A stretch of 64,000 bases of DNA from a virus (IMGVR_UViG_3300036781_000821:27888-91887); one strand, 5' to 3'; numbered from the stretch's first letter, positions 19,367-28,748 are shown. Made by a program: numbers and translations. The notes: generated by a model not told the origin, from the sequence alone.

Positions 19367-19944
19367 GCGCCGCGCTCCAATCGCCGCAGACGCGCTATTT
19401 CCGCTGCCAACTTCTCGCCGATGTCGTGAACCTGATCCTCGATGGCGATGTTCTCGCCAAAATAAACTTGATGCCGCAGCCGGCGAACCCGTTCGCTGGT
19501 AAAACAGCCGGACATCAGCAGCGCTTGAATATTGATCTGATCCCAGGCATCGGCCACGCGCACACGCGGTGCCTTCGCCACGGACCAGCCGTTGTCCCCG
19601 CGAACGATCAAACCCGCTTCATCCGGTAGTTCCTTTTTCGAGACCAGTCCGGGCAAACACGCGAAATAGAATCGGGCGCAGAAAGGCAGATACTTTTTCC
19701 ATTTGTTGGTCGAGACATCCTTCAGGTAGTCGTTGCGCGACACCTTCACGTCGTAAATCGCGGGATTGAACCGCGTGTACGATCGTTCAAGCGTCAACAC
19801 ATCGGGAATGGGAATGCGGCCACCGCTCAACCAGATGGAATCAATTCTTGGCTCCGCAAACACAATGCGCATGCCGTAGAAGAACTTTGCCAGATCCTCT
19901 ACGACCGCGCCGTGCGGCGTTTCCCCCAGTGGACGCCGACGCAT
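19363..19944 (-). CDS. MmcB-like PD-(D/E)xK nuclease
   Basis: PDV...YDVKVSRNDYLKD...KWKKYLPFCARFYFA. Confidence 0.7.
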   Translation of the reverse strand: MRRRPLGETPHGAVVEDLAKFFYGMRIVFAEPRIDSIWLSGGRIPIPDVLTLERSYTRFNPAIYDVKVSRNDYLKDVSTNKWKKYLPFCARFYFACLPGLVSKKELPDEAGLIVRGDNGWSVAKAPRVRVADAWDQINIQALLMSGCFTSERVRRLRHQVYFGENIAIEDQVHDIGEKLAAEIARLRRLERGA

Positions 19945-19947
19945 AGA

Positions 19948-20739
19948 CTACGATGCTTCCGCCAGCCGCTTCATATCGTCCAACGCCTCTTTGTTGGAGC
20001 AATAGAAGTTTGGGATTTTCTCAATCTTCGGATCGCTCTTGAGGTAGATCAACGCAGCAGCAGCCGGAGTTCCCATGCAAAACTCCATCGCCCGACCCGC
20101 ATCACCAGCAAGATGAACAACCCATCCCGCCTGGCAATGCGTCGTGTCGCAGGAGTGCCAGTTGTTCATGTCCAGCGCGTCGGGTTTGCACGCGGCCTCA
20201 TATACCGCTTTGTGAATGTCTTTAATGAACGGCACGCCATTGAGGTCGGCACCGCTCAGGACGGCATCGCGCAGGTCGGCACCGCGCAGGACGGCATCGC
20301 GCAGGACGGCACCGCTCAGGACGGCATCGCGCAGGTCGGCACCGCGCAGGACGGCATCGCGCAGGTCGGCACCGCGCAGGTCGGCACCGCGCAGGACGGC
20401 ATCGCGCAGGACGGCATCGCGCAGGTCGGCACCGCGCAGGTCGGCACCGCGCAGGACGGCATCGCGCAGGACGGCATCGCTCAGGACGGCACCGCGCAGG
20501 TCGGCATCGCTCAGGACGGCATCGCGCAGGACGGCATCGCGCAGGTCGGCACCGCGCAGGTCGGCACCGCGCAGGACGGCATCGCGCAGGTCGGCACCGC
20601 GCAGGACGGCATCGCGCAGGACGGCACCGCTCAGGACGGCATCGCTCTTAACAGCAGCTTCCAACGCCAGTTTCCAACTATCCGTTTCAATGGAGAAAAG
20701 CACGCTCCCCGTCCAACGACTCTTGATTTCAAACTTCAT
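19948..20739 (-). CDS. Pentapeptide repeat protein
   Basis: 27 x (G/D)A(V/D)L(R/S/N) repeats; C-terminal CDTTHCQAGW domain. Confidence 0.92.
   Translation of the reverse strand: MKFEIKSRWTGSVLFSIETDSWKLALEAAVKSDAVLSGAVLRDAVLRGADLRDAVLRGADLRGADLRDAVLRDAVLSDADLRGAVLSDAVLRDAVLRGADLRGADLRDAVLRDAVLRGADLRGADLRDAVLRGADLRDAVLSGAVLRDAVLRGADLRDAVLSGADLNGVPFIKDIHKAVYEAACKPDALDMNNWHSCDTTHCQAGWVVHLAGDAGRAMEFCMGTPAAAALIYLKSDPKIEKIPNFYCSNKEALDDMKRLAEAS
20239..20643 (-). repeat. 15-bp coding tandem repeat, 27 units
   Basis: Near-identical units such as gcgcaggtcggcacc and gcgcaggacggcatc. Confidence 0.95.
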
Positions 20740-20927
20740 TTTTTCCTTGGGTTTGTGACCCTCGAAGCCAAGGCACAGGCGAACGCTCGATGACTGATGA
20801 TTGTGAAGGCAGCAGAAGAAAGAACGCTGCCCATGCCTTGGCCGCGAGAGTCTGGATTAACTGCCTTCACGAGGCCGACCATAAAGGCCAGCGTGAGCGT
20901 GTCAACACAATTTTTCGGATTCGGCAT
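20736..20927 (-). CDS. Hypothetical protein
   Basis: 63 aa, coupled to the downstream gene. Confidence 0.35.
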   Translation of the reverse strand: MPNPKNCVDTLTLAFMVGLVKAVNPDSRGQGMGSVLSSAAFTIISHRAFACALASRVTNPRKK

Positions 20928-21144
20928 CCATTCGAAACCCGAACAGGAGCAGATTCTGTAGTCGCTGTGGTGAGAGCGTAGCCATCTTGAACGGCGGCTC
21001 CAGTTGGGTCTCAGCGCAGGGATCTTCGTTCCAGCTCAGAACCCCAGCCGCGAAATCGTTCCAACGCCTCATCCAGTCCAGCCGCGCTTGGAGCATGGAG
21101 GGGAGATGTGGGTGTTTTAGTCGCCGAAGATTCTTGTTGCGCAT
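20902..21144 (-). CDS. Hypothetical protein
   Basis: 80 aa, same orientation as the phage early genes. Confidence 0.35.
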   Translation of the reverse strand: MRNKNLRRLKHPHLPSMLQARLDWMRRWNDFAAGVLSWNEDPCAETQLEPPFKMATLSPQRLQNLLLFGFRMDAESEKLC

Positions 21145-21360
21145 TTGTAGCGGGGTTGGCGACGACGGGACCGGAATAGGTAGAAGAGAATGGCGAACGG
21201 GCCGAACATGATCACGTGCCCGAGCCTGACCAGGCGACCGAAATGGTCAAGAACAAAAGTGCGTTAGAATGTATGGTTTGACAAGCAACTCAGGCTAACC
21301 CGGCGCAAGGTTTTCGATGGCGCTGACGATTGATGGAAAGGCTCGTTTCGCACCTATCGA

Positions 21361-22512
21361 ATGGCGACTGTCACAAATCCGCTGCCCTCCGGCTTCCAGC
21401 CGCCGCCCGCTGTTCTCGCGCCGAATTGGGCGGGAAGCGCGTTAAAGGCCGAAAGCACGTTCCACCAGCTCTCGCCATACATCGGAAAACTCAAGTCCTC
21501 CATCGCCGGATCGTTGATTGAACAGTTCACGCAACCGTCAGATGTGGTATACGATCCGTTCTCGGGAAGTGGCACGGTTGCGCTCGAAGCGTGGATTGCC
21601 GGCCGCCACATCATCGCCAACGATCTAAGCCCATACGCGGCGATCCTCACGCGCGCAAAACTTTTTCCCTACGATTCGCTTGAAGACGCGCTCGACGACA
21701 TGGAGGATCTTGAGGACTTCGCCGCAGCCGTGGCCGATAGCCTCGACCTTCGCACCGTTCCCCGATGGGTGCGCGAGTTTTTCCATACCCGAACCCTTCG
21801 CGAAACTCTCGGGTGGACTTACGTACTCAGGCAACGGCGCCGCTGGTTTCTGTTGGCATCCCTCATGGGCATCTTGCACCACCAGAGACCGGGCTTTCTA
21901 TCATTCCCGAGCAGCCACACCGTGCCCTATTTGCGGAAGAAGGCTTTCCCGCCCGCGAAGTTTCCCGATCTCTACGAATACCGCTCGCTGGCAGACCGCT
22001 TCGAGGCCAAGATTGAACGTGCCTTTTCCCGTGTTCCCGATCTGGACAGCGGAATTAACCGCGCATGCTTCCAGACATCGGCGCATCTCCTTACGCCCGC
22101 GCAGAAGGTGGATGCCATTATCACGAGCCCGCCGTACATGCGGCAGCTCGATTACGGCCGCGACAACCGCCTCCGACTTTGGTTCCTGGGTGTTCCCGAC
22201 TCCCGCGCGCTCGATCACGAGATTTCGCCGCGCAAGGACGCTTTCCTGAAGCTCATGGCGCGTTGCTTCAAGAAGTGGAAGTCGATCTTGAAGCCCGATC
22301 GCTATTGCATCCTCGTCGTGGGCGACGGCAGCAGCGAGTTAAAAGATGCCAATCTTCCCGTACTCATCTCCCAGATCGCGCAGAAGGAAGGGTTCGTCCA
22401 CGTCCTCGACCACACTGAAGCCATACCGAACGAGCGCCGGGTCCGCCGCGGACTGACGGGCAGCACGTCGGAAACAATCGTCATCCTTCGCAACGCATCG
22501 CGCAGTACATAG
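21361..22512 (+). CDS. Amino-DNA methyltransferase (motif I before motif IV; SPPY suggests N4-cytosine)
   Basis: YDPFSGSGT (SAM binding) and ITSPPY (catalytic). Confidence 0.88.
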   Translation: MATVTNPLPSGFQPPPAVLAPNWAGSALKAESTFHQLSPYIGKLKSSIAGSLIEQFTQPSDVVYDPFSGSGTVALEAWIAGRHIIANDLSPYAAILTRAKLFPYDSLEDALDDMEDLEDFAAAVADSLDLRTVPRWVREFFHTRTLRETLGWTYVLRQRRRWFLLASLMGILHHQRPGFLSFPSSHTVPYLRKKAFPPAKFPDLYEYRSLADRFEAKIERAFSRVPDLDSGINRACFQTSAHLLTPAQKVDAIITSPPYMRQLDYGRDNRLRLWFLGVPDSRALDHEISPRKDAFLKLMARCFKKWKSILKPDRYCILVVGDGSSELKDANLPVLISQIAQKEGFVHVLDHTEAIPNERRVRRGLTGSTSETIVILRNASRST

Positions 22513-22522
22513 GAGCGACACA

Positions 22523-23605
22523 ATGCAGCAGGTTTTCAACACGCGTAACTATAGCGTTCGAGATTTTGAAGAATGGCAGCAACGCGACGAGCTTGTACTA
22601 CAGCCCAAATTCCAACGCCGCGAGGTATGGAGCGAAAAGGCTCGCTCCTATTTGATCGACACGATCATCCGAGGAAAGCCCATACCCAAGGTCTATATGC
22701 GGCAGGATGTCAATCCCAAGACCCGCCGCGTATTGCGCGAAATCGTCGATGGGCAACAGCGACTTCATTCCGTTCTCAACTTCTTGAAGGATGGATTTAA
22801 GATCAGCCGCGCCCACAACGAAGAGTTTGGCGGAAAAACATTCAGCCAACTGAACGAGGACGCGCAACGCGACATCCTCAAATACGAGTTCGCCGTTGAC
22901 CTCCTTCAGGACATGCCGGACAACGAGATTTACAATATCTTTGCGCGGATCAACACCTATTCCGAGAAGCTGAAGGATCAAGAATTACGCAATTCAAAGT
23001 GGTACGGCTTCTTCAAGTCTTCCGTTTATTTGCTCGCCGAAGAGTTCACCACATTCTTTGTAGAAAACAAGCTCTTCACCGCGAAAACGATCCTCCGCAT
23101 GGCCGAGGCCGAATTCATATCGGATCTTCTCCTGTCGATGCACGAGGGAATCGTCGCGCGGTCCAAGATGGTGCTCGACAACGCATACAAAAAATACGAT
23201 GATGATTTCCCGTCTCGCAAAACCTACGAAAAAAGGTTCCGTGAGACCATTGACATCATCAAGGCCATCCACGGTGATGACCTCGGGGAATCCGAATTTC
23301 GAGCGCAGCGGCTTTTCTATCCGATGTTCTGCTCGATTTACCACCTCAAGTACGGCCTTCCCAATTTCACGCTTCCCCGAAAGACGATCAAGGTATCGGA
23401 CTACCCCAAGATGAAGACCGCCCTTGAGTCGGTCGATACGCTACTGGAAGAGATCAAAGAATCTCACACCAACCCGGCTGCGCTCGCTCTTTCGGATGTT
23501 GACAGCAAGTTCTACGACTCAATAACAGTGCACTTCGTCCACGCGGACAAGCGCGTAATTTCCACGACCTACATTTGCCGAAAACTCGCCAAGGTATTGA
23601 GCTAA
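22523..23605 (+). CDS. DUF262 (GmrS/ParB-Srx fold) protein
   Basis: PKFQRREVW, IVDGQQR and IFARIN motifs. Confidence 0.9.
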   Translation: MQQVFNTRNYSVRDFEEWQQRDELVLQPKFQRREVWSEKARSYLIDTIIRGKPIPKVYMRQDVNPKTRRVLREIVDGQQRLHSVLNFLKDGFKISRAHNEEFGGKTFSQLNEDAQRDILKYEFAVDLLQDMPDNEIYNIFARINTYSEKLKDQELRNSKWYGFFKSSVYLLAEEFTTFFVENKLFTAKTILRMAEAEFISDLLLSMHEGIVARSKMVLDNAYKKYDDDFPSRKTYEKRFRETIDIIKAIHGDDLGESEFRAQRLFYPMFCSIYHLKYGLPNFTLPRKTIKVSDYPKMKTALESVDTLLEEIKESHTNPAALALSDVDSKFYDSITVHFVHADKRVISTTYICRKLAKVLS

Positions 23606-23611
23606 AAGTTT

Positions 23612-24253
23612 ATGCCTGCACCCCGCCTTCACTCAGCGCTAGTTTCGTTTTCCCGCTCCGTAGAAGAAGCACGGGACTTGGCTGATGACGCTCACCGATG
23701 GTCCACGCCCCCGCGCCCAGGCGCACGCTCCCAAATCACAATCCAACGGCGCAACACACTTACCGAGATGGCCTTTTTGAGAGCCTTCACAAGTTGGGAA
23801 AGCTTTTTAGAAGATACATTCCTTCTTTATTTGTTGGGTCATAAACCACCAAAGGGAGCGCCTCCCCGCCGTTATGGGTTTCCTCAAACCCCGGATGCGG
23901 CGGCAGAATGGTGTACCGATGGTAAGCCATATGCCAAATGGCACGTGAACGACGTGCAGCGCAGGGCGAACCGATGGTTCAAAGATGGAAAGCCGTTCAC
24001 TCCCGCGCTCCAAAGCCAGCAATCCCGACTGATGCAGCTCGTTAGCATTCGCAACGCGATTGCCCATGAATCCGACAGCGCCAAAGGTAAATTTGAAAAC
24101 GTCGTTCGCACTGAACTTGGGGCCGTGCCGCCGAACACGACGGTGGGTTCATTCTTGATGACGACCAAACCGAACACAACGCCTCCGATTTCGTTTCTGG
24201 AATTTTATGTCAGCGAGATTCTCCGGGCCGCTCAGAACATTGTCCCGAGATGA
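23612..24253 (+). CDS. HEPN-domain putative RNase
   Basis: WESFLED helix and RNAIAH (RxxxxH) motif. Confidence 0.8.
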   Translation: MPAPRLHSALVSFSRSVEEARDLADDAHRWSTPPRPGARSQITIQRRNTLTEMAFLRAFTSWESFLEDTFLLYLLGHKPPKGAPPRRYGFPQTPDAAAEWCTDGKPYAKWHVNDVQRRANRWFKDGKPFTPALQSQQSRLMQLVSIRNAIAHESDSAKGKFENVVRTELGAVPPNTTVGSFLMTTKPNTTPPISFLEFYVSEILRAAQNIVPR

Positions 24254-24327
24254 CGGAGGAAGGATTCGAACCTTCCTTACTGCGGGATTCGCACCCCATG
24301 TCAGCTTCCCTCGCCAGAGGCACCGTC
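24251..24327 (-). ncRNA. tRNA-like element / pseudo-tRNA
   Basis: 77 nt: acceptor GACGGtG/CtCCGTC plus A, T-arm GAAGG-TTCGAAT-CCTTC; D and anticodon arms non-canonical. Confidence 0.55.
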
Positions 24328-24391
24328 AAAACTGTTTCGTCCGCACCTTCAAAGGCGTAATCCACGTCGTAAGGGAAGGCAGACGCTTCGT

Positions 24392-24565
24392 TCATGGAAG
24401 GACACGCCATTCCAATCTTTGAACACGAGAATCGAGCGTTATTACCCAACCGACTCCCGCATACAGCCAGCAGCCAATTTGAAACGCGCCAATCATAGCC
24501 AGCGCGAAGAAGCACGCCAGAGCCACATCGACCCACACACTTTCCTTCTCAGACTTCCTACTCAT
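24392..24565 (-). CDS. Small membrane protein
   Basis: MSRKSEKESVWVDVALACFFALAMIGAF... Confidence 0.45.
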   Translation of the reverse strand: MSRKSEKESVWVDVALACFFALAMIGAFQIGCWLYAGVGWVITLDSRVQRLEWRVLP

Positions 24566-24588
24566 TCCATTCCTTCTGTTTTGGTCGA

Positions 24589-24780
24589 CTAACACATATC
24601 CGCCACGCGCACCCGTTTGTGCGCTGGCGGTTCCGGCATCTTCAACCGTAGATGCGGAAAGCTGGGGTTAAGGCTTGGCGTTGCTGGAATGCGCCTCATC
24701 AAAATGTGAAAGCTGCAAATCGCCGTCACCAGCCCGAAGATCAGCAGCCAGTACACCATTGCCCAATGTCGGAGCGTCAT
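24589..24780 (-). CDS. Small membrane protein
   Basis: 63 aa, one TM, coupled start. Confidence 0.45.
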   Translation of the reverse strand: MTLRHWAMVYWLLIFGLVTAICSFHILMRRIPATPSLNPSFPHLRLKMPEPPAHKRVRVADMC

Positions 24781-25193
24781 TTCAACATCTCCTCCACAGC
24801 GCCTAATGCTTTCACGGTTTCTTTAAGCGCGTGTCCACATGTGATGCACTCACTGAGCTTCGTTTTTCCCTCGTGTTCCGCGACCCGAGCGAGCAGATAA
24901 CGCACTTCTTCTACTAACTTCTCCACCAATGGCCGCATGTTAACGCTGGAGACGATCAGGGCTGCATTTGCTTCGGCGGTGACTGCATCATCATCGTCCG
25001 CATCGGGTATGCACCTGGCGACGAAAACTTCATTCGCGCTCTTGATCGTGTCGCTATGCTGAGTCCACGGAAGTGGGCTAGGCTTTTCTTTTTTCTTTGC
25101 CTGTTGCTTCCTCGCACGCGCTTTGTCCGCCGCGTCCTTCAGTTGATCGATCACATCGTAGATGTCCTCGACACATGGTTTTCCCTCATTCAT
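24777..25193 (-). CDS. Hypothetical phage protein
   Basis: PLPW...EANAALIVSSVN segment resembling the common phage TPGPW...ANA.LIAAAP family. Confidence 0.55.
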   Translation of the reverse strand: MNEGKPCVEDIYDVIDQLKDAADKARARKQQAKKKEKPSPLPWTQHSDTIKSANEVFVARCIPDADDDDAVTAEANAALIVSSVNMRPLVEKLVEEVRYLLARVAEHEGKTKLSECITCGHALKETVKALGAVEEMLK

Positions 25194-25492
25194 GCCTCTA
25201 CCTTTCGTACAGTTTTGCCCGTCACCGGGCATTTGATGTTTTCCACTTCCCGCAACAGCCCCGCTTCCACCAGCTCGCTGATTCTTGGTTGAACCGCGCT
25301 ACGGTGCTGAAAGCCCATGGCCTTCGCTATTTCCCGATCAGTGCCGCCTCCGTATCGCCGCACGTGCGCTAGGACTGCCATCGCCTTCTTGCCCAGCTTC
25401 GGCTTTTCCTCGCGGTAAGCATGTGCGCTGTTCTCATGCGTCCGGCGCACGTAGTCGTCAAACGTGAATTGCTCTGCGGCGTACACGCTCAT
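25190..25492 (-). CDS. Winged-HTH DNA-binding protein
   Basis: TDREIAKAMG...VQPRISELVEAGLL; coupled start at 25492. Confidence 0.7.
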   Translation of the reverse strand: MSVYAAEQFTFDDYVRRTHENSAHAYREEKPKLGKKAMAVLAHVRRYGGGTDREIAKAMGFQHRSAVQPRISELVEAGLLREVENIKCPVTGKTVRKVEA

Positions 25493-25665
25493 TCCTCCTG
25501 CTCGCTTTCCCCCAAATGAATGCTTATGACGACCGCGAACCCAGCGCACAAGCCGCCCACAAAGAAAGCTGCGCAAGCCAAGGGATAGAGGCCGCAGTGA
25601 TACGAATACACGCCCACGAGGACCATTTGCAGGGTAAGTCCCAGCTCCAAAAGTAGGTGTTTCAT
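25489..25665 (-). CDS. Small two-TM membrane protein
   Basis: MKHLLLELGLTLQMVLVG...; coupled on both sides. Confidence 0.5.
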   Translation of the reverse strand: MKHLLLELGLTLQMVLVGVYSYHCGLYPLACAAFFVGGLCAGFAVVISIHLGESEQEE

Positions 25666-25886
25666 CGTTTCGTCTTCCGGTCGACGATAAATCTGACCTT
25701 GCTCGGATCGTTCCAGTCCCGTTGACCCTTGACGACAAACTTCAGGTGACGAAGCGCGAACAACCGCGCCGCCATTGCGTCTTTGGCGGCCACGGTGAAC
25801 TCGCTCTTTAGCTGAAGATTGAGCGCGAGCAGCGCGAGCCCGACACGCGAGCGAACCTTCCGTTTGCGGGACACGCGCGTGGACAT
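25662..25886 (-). CDS. Basic hypothetical protein
   Basis: 74 aa, coupled. Confidence 0.45.
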   Translation of the reverse strand: MSTRVSRKRKVRSRVGLALLALNLQLKSEFTVAAKDAMAARLFALRHLKFVVKGQRDWNDPSKVRFIVDRKTKR

Positions 25887-26239
25887 TATTTGCCGCCTTT
25901 GGTTTGTTGTTGATCCTTCGGCCCATCGAGGAGAATCACGCGATCCACCACGACCGCTAGACGGCTATGACGCACCTGGTCTTGGCCGTCCCACACCTTC
26001 TTGACGAGATGGCCCTCGATGAACACACCCTTGCCCTTCTTCACGTACTTCTCGAAGATGTCGGAGGTCTTGCCCCACGCCTCGAAGTCGATGAAGTTCA
26101 CGCCACGCTCGCGGGTATCCCCTTGACCCACGGTGTAGTTCACGCCGAGCGAACCCGTCGTGACCTTGCTGCTCTTGGTTGTTCTCGTTTCGGGATCGGC
26201 GGCCACGTGGCCGGCCAACTGCACTTTGTTGTAGTCCAC
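25886..26239 (-). CDS. ssb: Single-stranded DNA-binding protein (second copy, no acidic tail)
   Basis: NKVQLAGHVAADPE...WGK...KGKGVFIEGHL; GTG start at 26239. Confidence 0.85.
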   Translation of the reverse strand: MDYNKVQLAGHVAADPETRTTKSSKVTTGSLGVNYTVGQGDTRERGVNFIDFEAWGKTSDIFEKYVKKGKGVFIEGHLVKKVWDGQDQVRHSRLAVVVDRVILLDGPKDQQQTKGGK

Positions 26240-26252
26240 TTGCTTCCTTCGG

Positions 26253-26747
26253 TTAGAGGTTGATGCCGAGTATGTACATGCCGATGAAGGCCACAATCCC
26301 GCCCACGACCTTGGCGGCTCTCACGATGCCGGGAATGAGCGCGATGGGAACGCACTCTTCGAGTGCGGGAACTTCATCCGGGCAGTACTTGGCGATTACG
26401 TAGTCGATTTGGCGAATGGCGGCATCTGCCGTCTTGCGCGAACCCATATCCCACGCATCCACTTCATTTTCTGGTTGCCAACTTAGGGAGTACCAGATTT
26501 CCTGTAGAGCATTAAGCTGCTCTGCGTCACGCAACGCAATACTAGCCTCATGTCCGTTTACATTCAAATAGAGCGCCTCTCCTATGTGGGACACTCCCTT
26601 AAGTTCGCGCATCCAACCAACGATGCAACATGAGTGAATTTGCATATGAGGAATTGGGCGCGGATTTGTCATCCATAAACACGCAGGATTCGCGTCGATC
26701 ATCCCGCGCACCTGCAACAACGTTTTCTTATCAATTACTGGATTCAT
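26253..26747 (-). CDS. Hypothetical protein with C-terminal TM
   Basis: MNPVIDKK...; lower GC than neighbours; lies between the two ssb genes. Confidence 0.5.
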   Translation of the reverse strand: MNPVIDKKTLLQVRGMIDANPACLWMTNPRPIPHMQIHSCCIVGWMRELKGVSHIGEALYLNVNGHEASIALRDAEQLNALQEIWYSLSWQPENEVDAWDMGSRKTADAAIRQIDYVIAKYCPDEVPALEECVPIALIPGIVRAAKVVGGIVAFIGMYILGINL

Positions 26748-26769
26748 TGTTTTTCTTTCTGTTGGTTGT

Positions 26770-27186
26770 TTAAAACGGAATGTCATCGCCGCTTTCGTCT
26801 ACGGCTCGACCTTCCTCTGGCGGCGCTTCCTCTCGCCTTGGCTCGCGTTTCTGCGAATCAGGCGACGAGAGAAATTGAACCCGATCAGCGCGAATGCGTG
26901 TGCGGCTTTTCTTTTCACCACCGGATTCCCATTGCTCGGTTTTCAGCCGCCCTTCTACCAACACGGCCCGGCCCTTGGCGAGATATTCCTTGCAAGCTTC
27001 GGCTTGACTGCCCCAGACCTCCACCTCGCCCCAATAGACCTCTTCCTTCACCCCGCCGGAATCGGTTTTATATTTGTGGTTCACTGCCAGCCCAAAATTG
27101 GACACGGCAGTTCCTTTCGGCGTGTACTTGCATTCGGGGTCGCGGGTGAGATGCCCAACGAGAATGACGCGATTGTAATTAGGCAT
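26770..27186 (-). CDS. ssb: Single-stranded DNA-binding protein
   Basis: NRVILVGHLTRDPE...KGRAVLVEGRL...DDIPF. Confidence 0.95.
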   Translation of the reverse strand: MPNYNRVILVGHLTRDPECKYTPKGTAVSNFGLAVNHKYKTDSGGVKEEVYWGEVEVWGSQAEACKEYLAKGRAVLVEGRLKTEQWESGGEKKSRTRIRADRVQFLSSPDSQKREPRREEAPPEEGRAVDESGDDIPF

Positions 27187-27796
27187 TTTTGGCCGCGCCT
27201 TTCTTCTTGGGTTCCACACCAAGCCGTTTGGCGGTCGCGGCGTAGAGCGACGCGAAGTGGTTGAGTTCTTGCTGGCTCAGTTTGTCCTTTATCGCCGTCA
27301 CCATCTTGCTGGTGTTTTCCAAGTCACCCGCGCTTTCGGAGGCAAGGAACTTCGATTCGATGTCCTCTAGCTTGTCTTTCGACACCAAGCTTGGGACTGC
27401 TCGCTTCATCGCGCCCTCAGCATCGTCGTCTTCAGTCACAACCCCGACAATCGCAGCCAGTGAATAGCGCCGTGCGTAGGTAATTGCGGAACCGACAGCT
27501 TGCGGATCAGTCTTAACCGCCGTCATCGTCAGCGTCCCGCTAATAAACTGCCCGGATTTGTGCATGAGCACCGTCTCGACGCTCACCGTACCCGGCACAT
27601 CTTCGGGCGCGAATACCTGAGACACGGCCAGATCGTTTGCCGTCAACGCTTCCCGGCAAGCATCCGTGACGCTTTCCAAATCCGCATACTTCGACTTGAA
27701 GTAGGGATTGTCCGCATCCTTCAGGGCTTTCTTCACTGCTTTCTGCGTGAGCACCAACGCCGCAGCCAACTCTCCAATGGAATCGCTTCTATTCAT
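27179..27796 (-). CDS. ERF-family single-strand annealing protein
   Basis: NPYFKSKYADL and GSAITYARRYSLAAIVGV..EDDDAE. Confidence 0.92.
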   Translation of the reverse strand: MNRSDSIGELAAALVLTQKAVKKALKDADNPYFKSKYADLESVTDACREALTANDLAVSQVFAPEDVPGTVSVETVLMHKSGQFISGTLTMTAVKTDPQAVGSAITYARRYSLAAIVGVVTEDDDAEGAMKRAVPSLVSKDKLEDIESKFLASESAGDLENTSKMVTAIKDKLSQQELNHFASLYAATAKRLGVEPKKKGAAKNA

Positions 27797-28554
27797 TACC
27801 GCGCTCCGATTGCGAGTTTGATGTCCTCTTCGAAGAACATTCCCGGCGTTTTCAGCGTCCCTGCCTCATCCAGCTTCAGCGCGGCTTGCACCTTCGACGC
27901 GCTCAGCGTGATGTCAAACAAATCGGGACGTGCAGCGAAGGCCAGCTTCGCGTCGACAACTTGGGCCTTGTACCGCTTCCGCAATTGAGTGCCCTTGGTC
28001 TGATTGGCTTGCGCTTCCAGTTCGCGTTGCTGGCTGGCTTGAATCTCCACAGCCGCACGGACGTTCACCTTGTCGAGCTTCTTTTCCAACTTCCCGCGCT
28101 CGGCTTCCGTGATTTGCTCGCTTTCCAGTTTCTTGCGGAGCTTTTCTTCCTCTGCGCGCGCGGCGGCGAGTGCTTCCTCACGCTTGCGCCGTTCTTCGGC
28201 CTCGACGCGCTCTTGTTCCTCGCGCTTTTGGCGCAGGAAACTCCCACAAGCATTCTGGAGGCGATTGACTTCCGCATCCACGTCCGCGGTGAAGGTTTTT
28301 GCCACGTTGTCGATTTCCTTGCCCAGCGCGAGCAAAGGTTCCTTAAGTTCCTTCCTCGTCGCTTCCACGCTGTTGCTCAGGGCTTTTAGGTCACGCACGA
28401 CTTCGACTGCGCTCTGTTGGGTTTCATCGTTGGTTACGGTCGTGATACTCGCGGCCCGAGTGGTCAACGCTTTTTTCTGGTCATCAGCTTCCTGCGTTAT
28501 GGCGATTGCAGGTGCTTTGAACCCCGGCTTCATTAACATCAGTTCCTTGCTCAT
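27796..28554 (-). CDS. Coiled-coil phage protein of the recombination module
   Basis: 252 aa; VEATRKELKEPLL; coupled to ERF. Confidence 0.6.
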   Translation of the reverse strand: MSKELMLMKPGFKAPAIAITQEADDQKKALTTRAASITTVTNDETQQSAVEVVRDLKALSNSVEATRKELKEPLLALGKEIDNVAKTFTADVDAEVNRLQNACGSFLRQKREEQERVEAEERRKREEALAAARAEEEKLRKKLESEQITEAERGKLEKKLDKVNVRAAVEIQASQQRELEAQANQTKGTQLRKRYKAQVVDAKLAFAARPDLFDITLSASKVQAALKLDEAGTLKTPGMFFEEDIKLAIGAR

Positions 28555-28564
28555 TTCGGTCTTT

Positions 28565-28648
28565 CTAGTTGAGTGCTGCCAATGCGATCAATGCGCCGAG
28601 GCACACGCCTAGCAGCACCGCATTGGTGAATTTGTTTATCGTTTGCAT
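28565..28648 (-). CDS. 27-aa membrane peptide, first gene of leftward operon
   Basis: MQTINKFTNAVLLGVCLGALIALAALN. Confidence 0.35.
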   Translation of the reverse strand: MQTINKFTNAVLLGVCLGALIALAALN

Positions 28649-28748
28649 GGCGCGACCCTACCAGCCAGCAGCTCGGGGTCAAGTCTTTTTGAAAACTTTC
28701 TTTTCAAAAAGTTCTTGCCTTCTGGTCTACGCTCTGCAAACTGAGCGC

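Noticed and set aside
20239-20643. Regular repeats resembling a CRISPR array
   Set aside because: Contiguous 15-bp in-frame coding units with no unique spacers and no cas genes.
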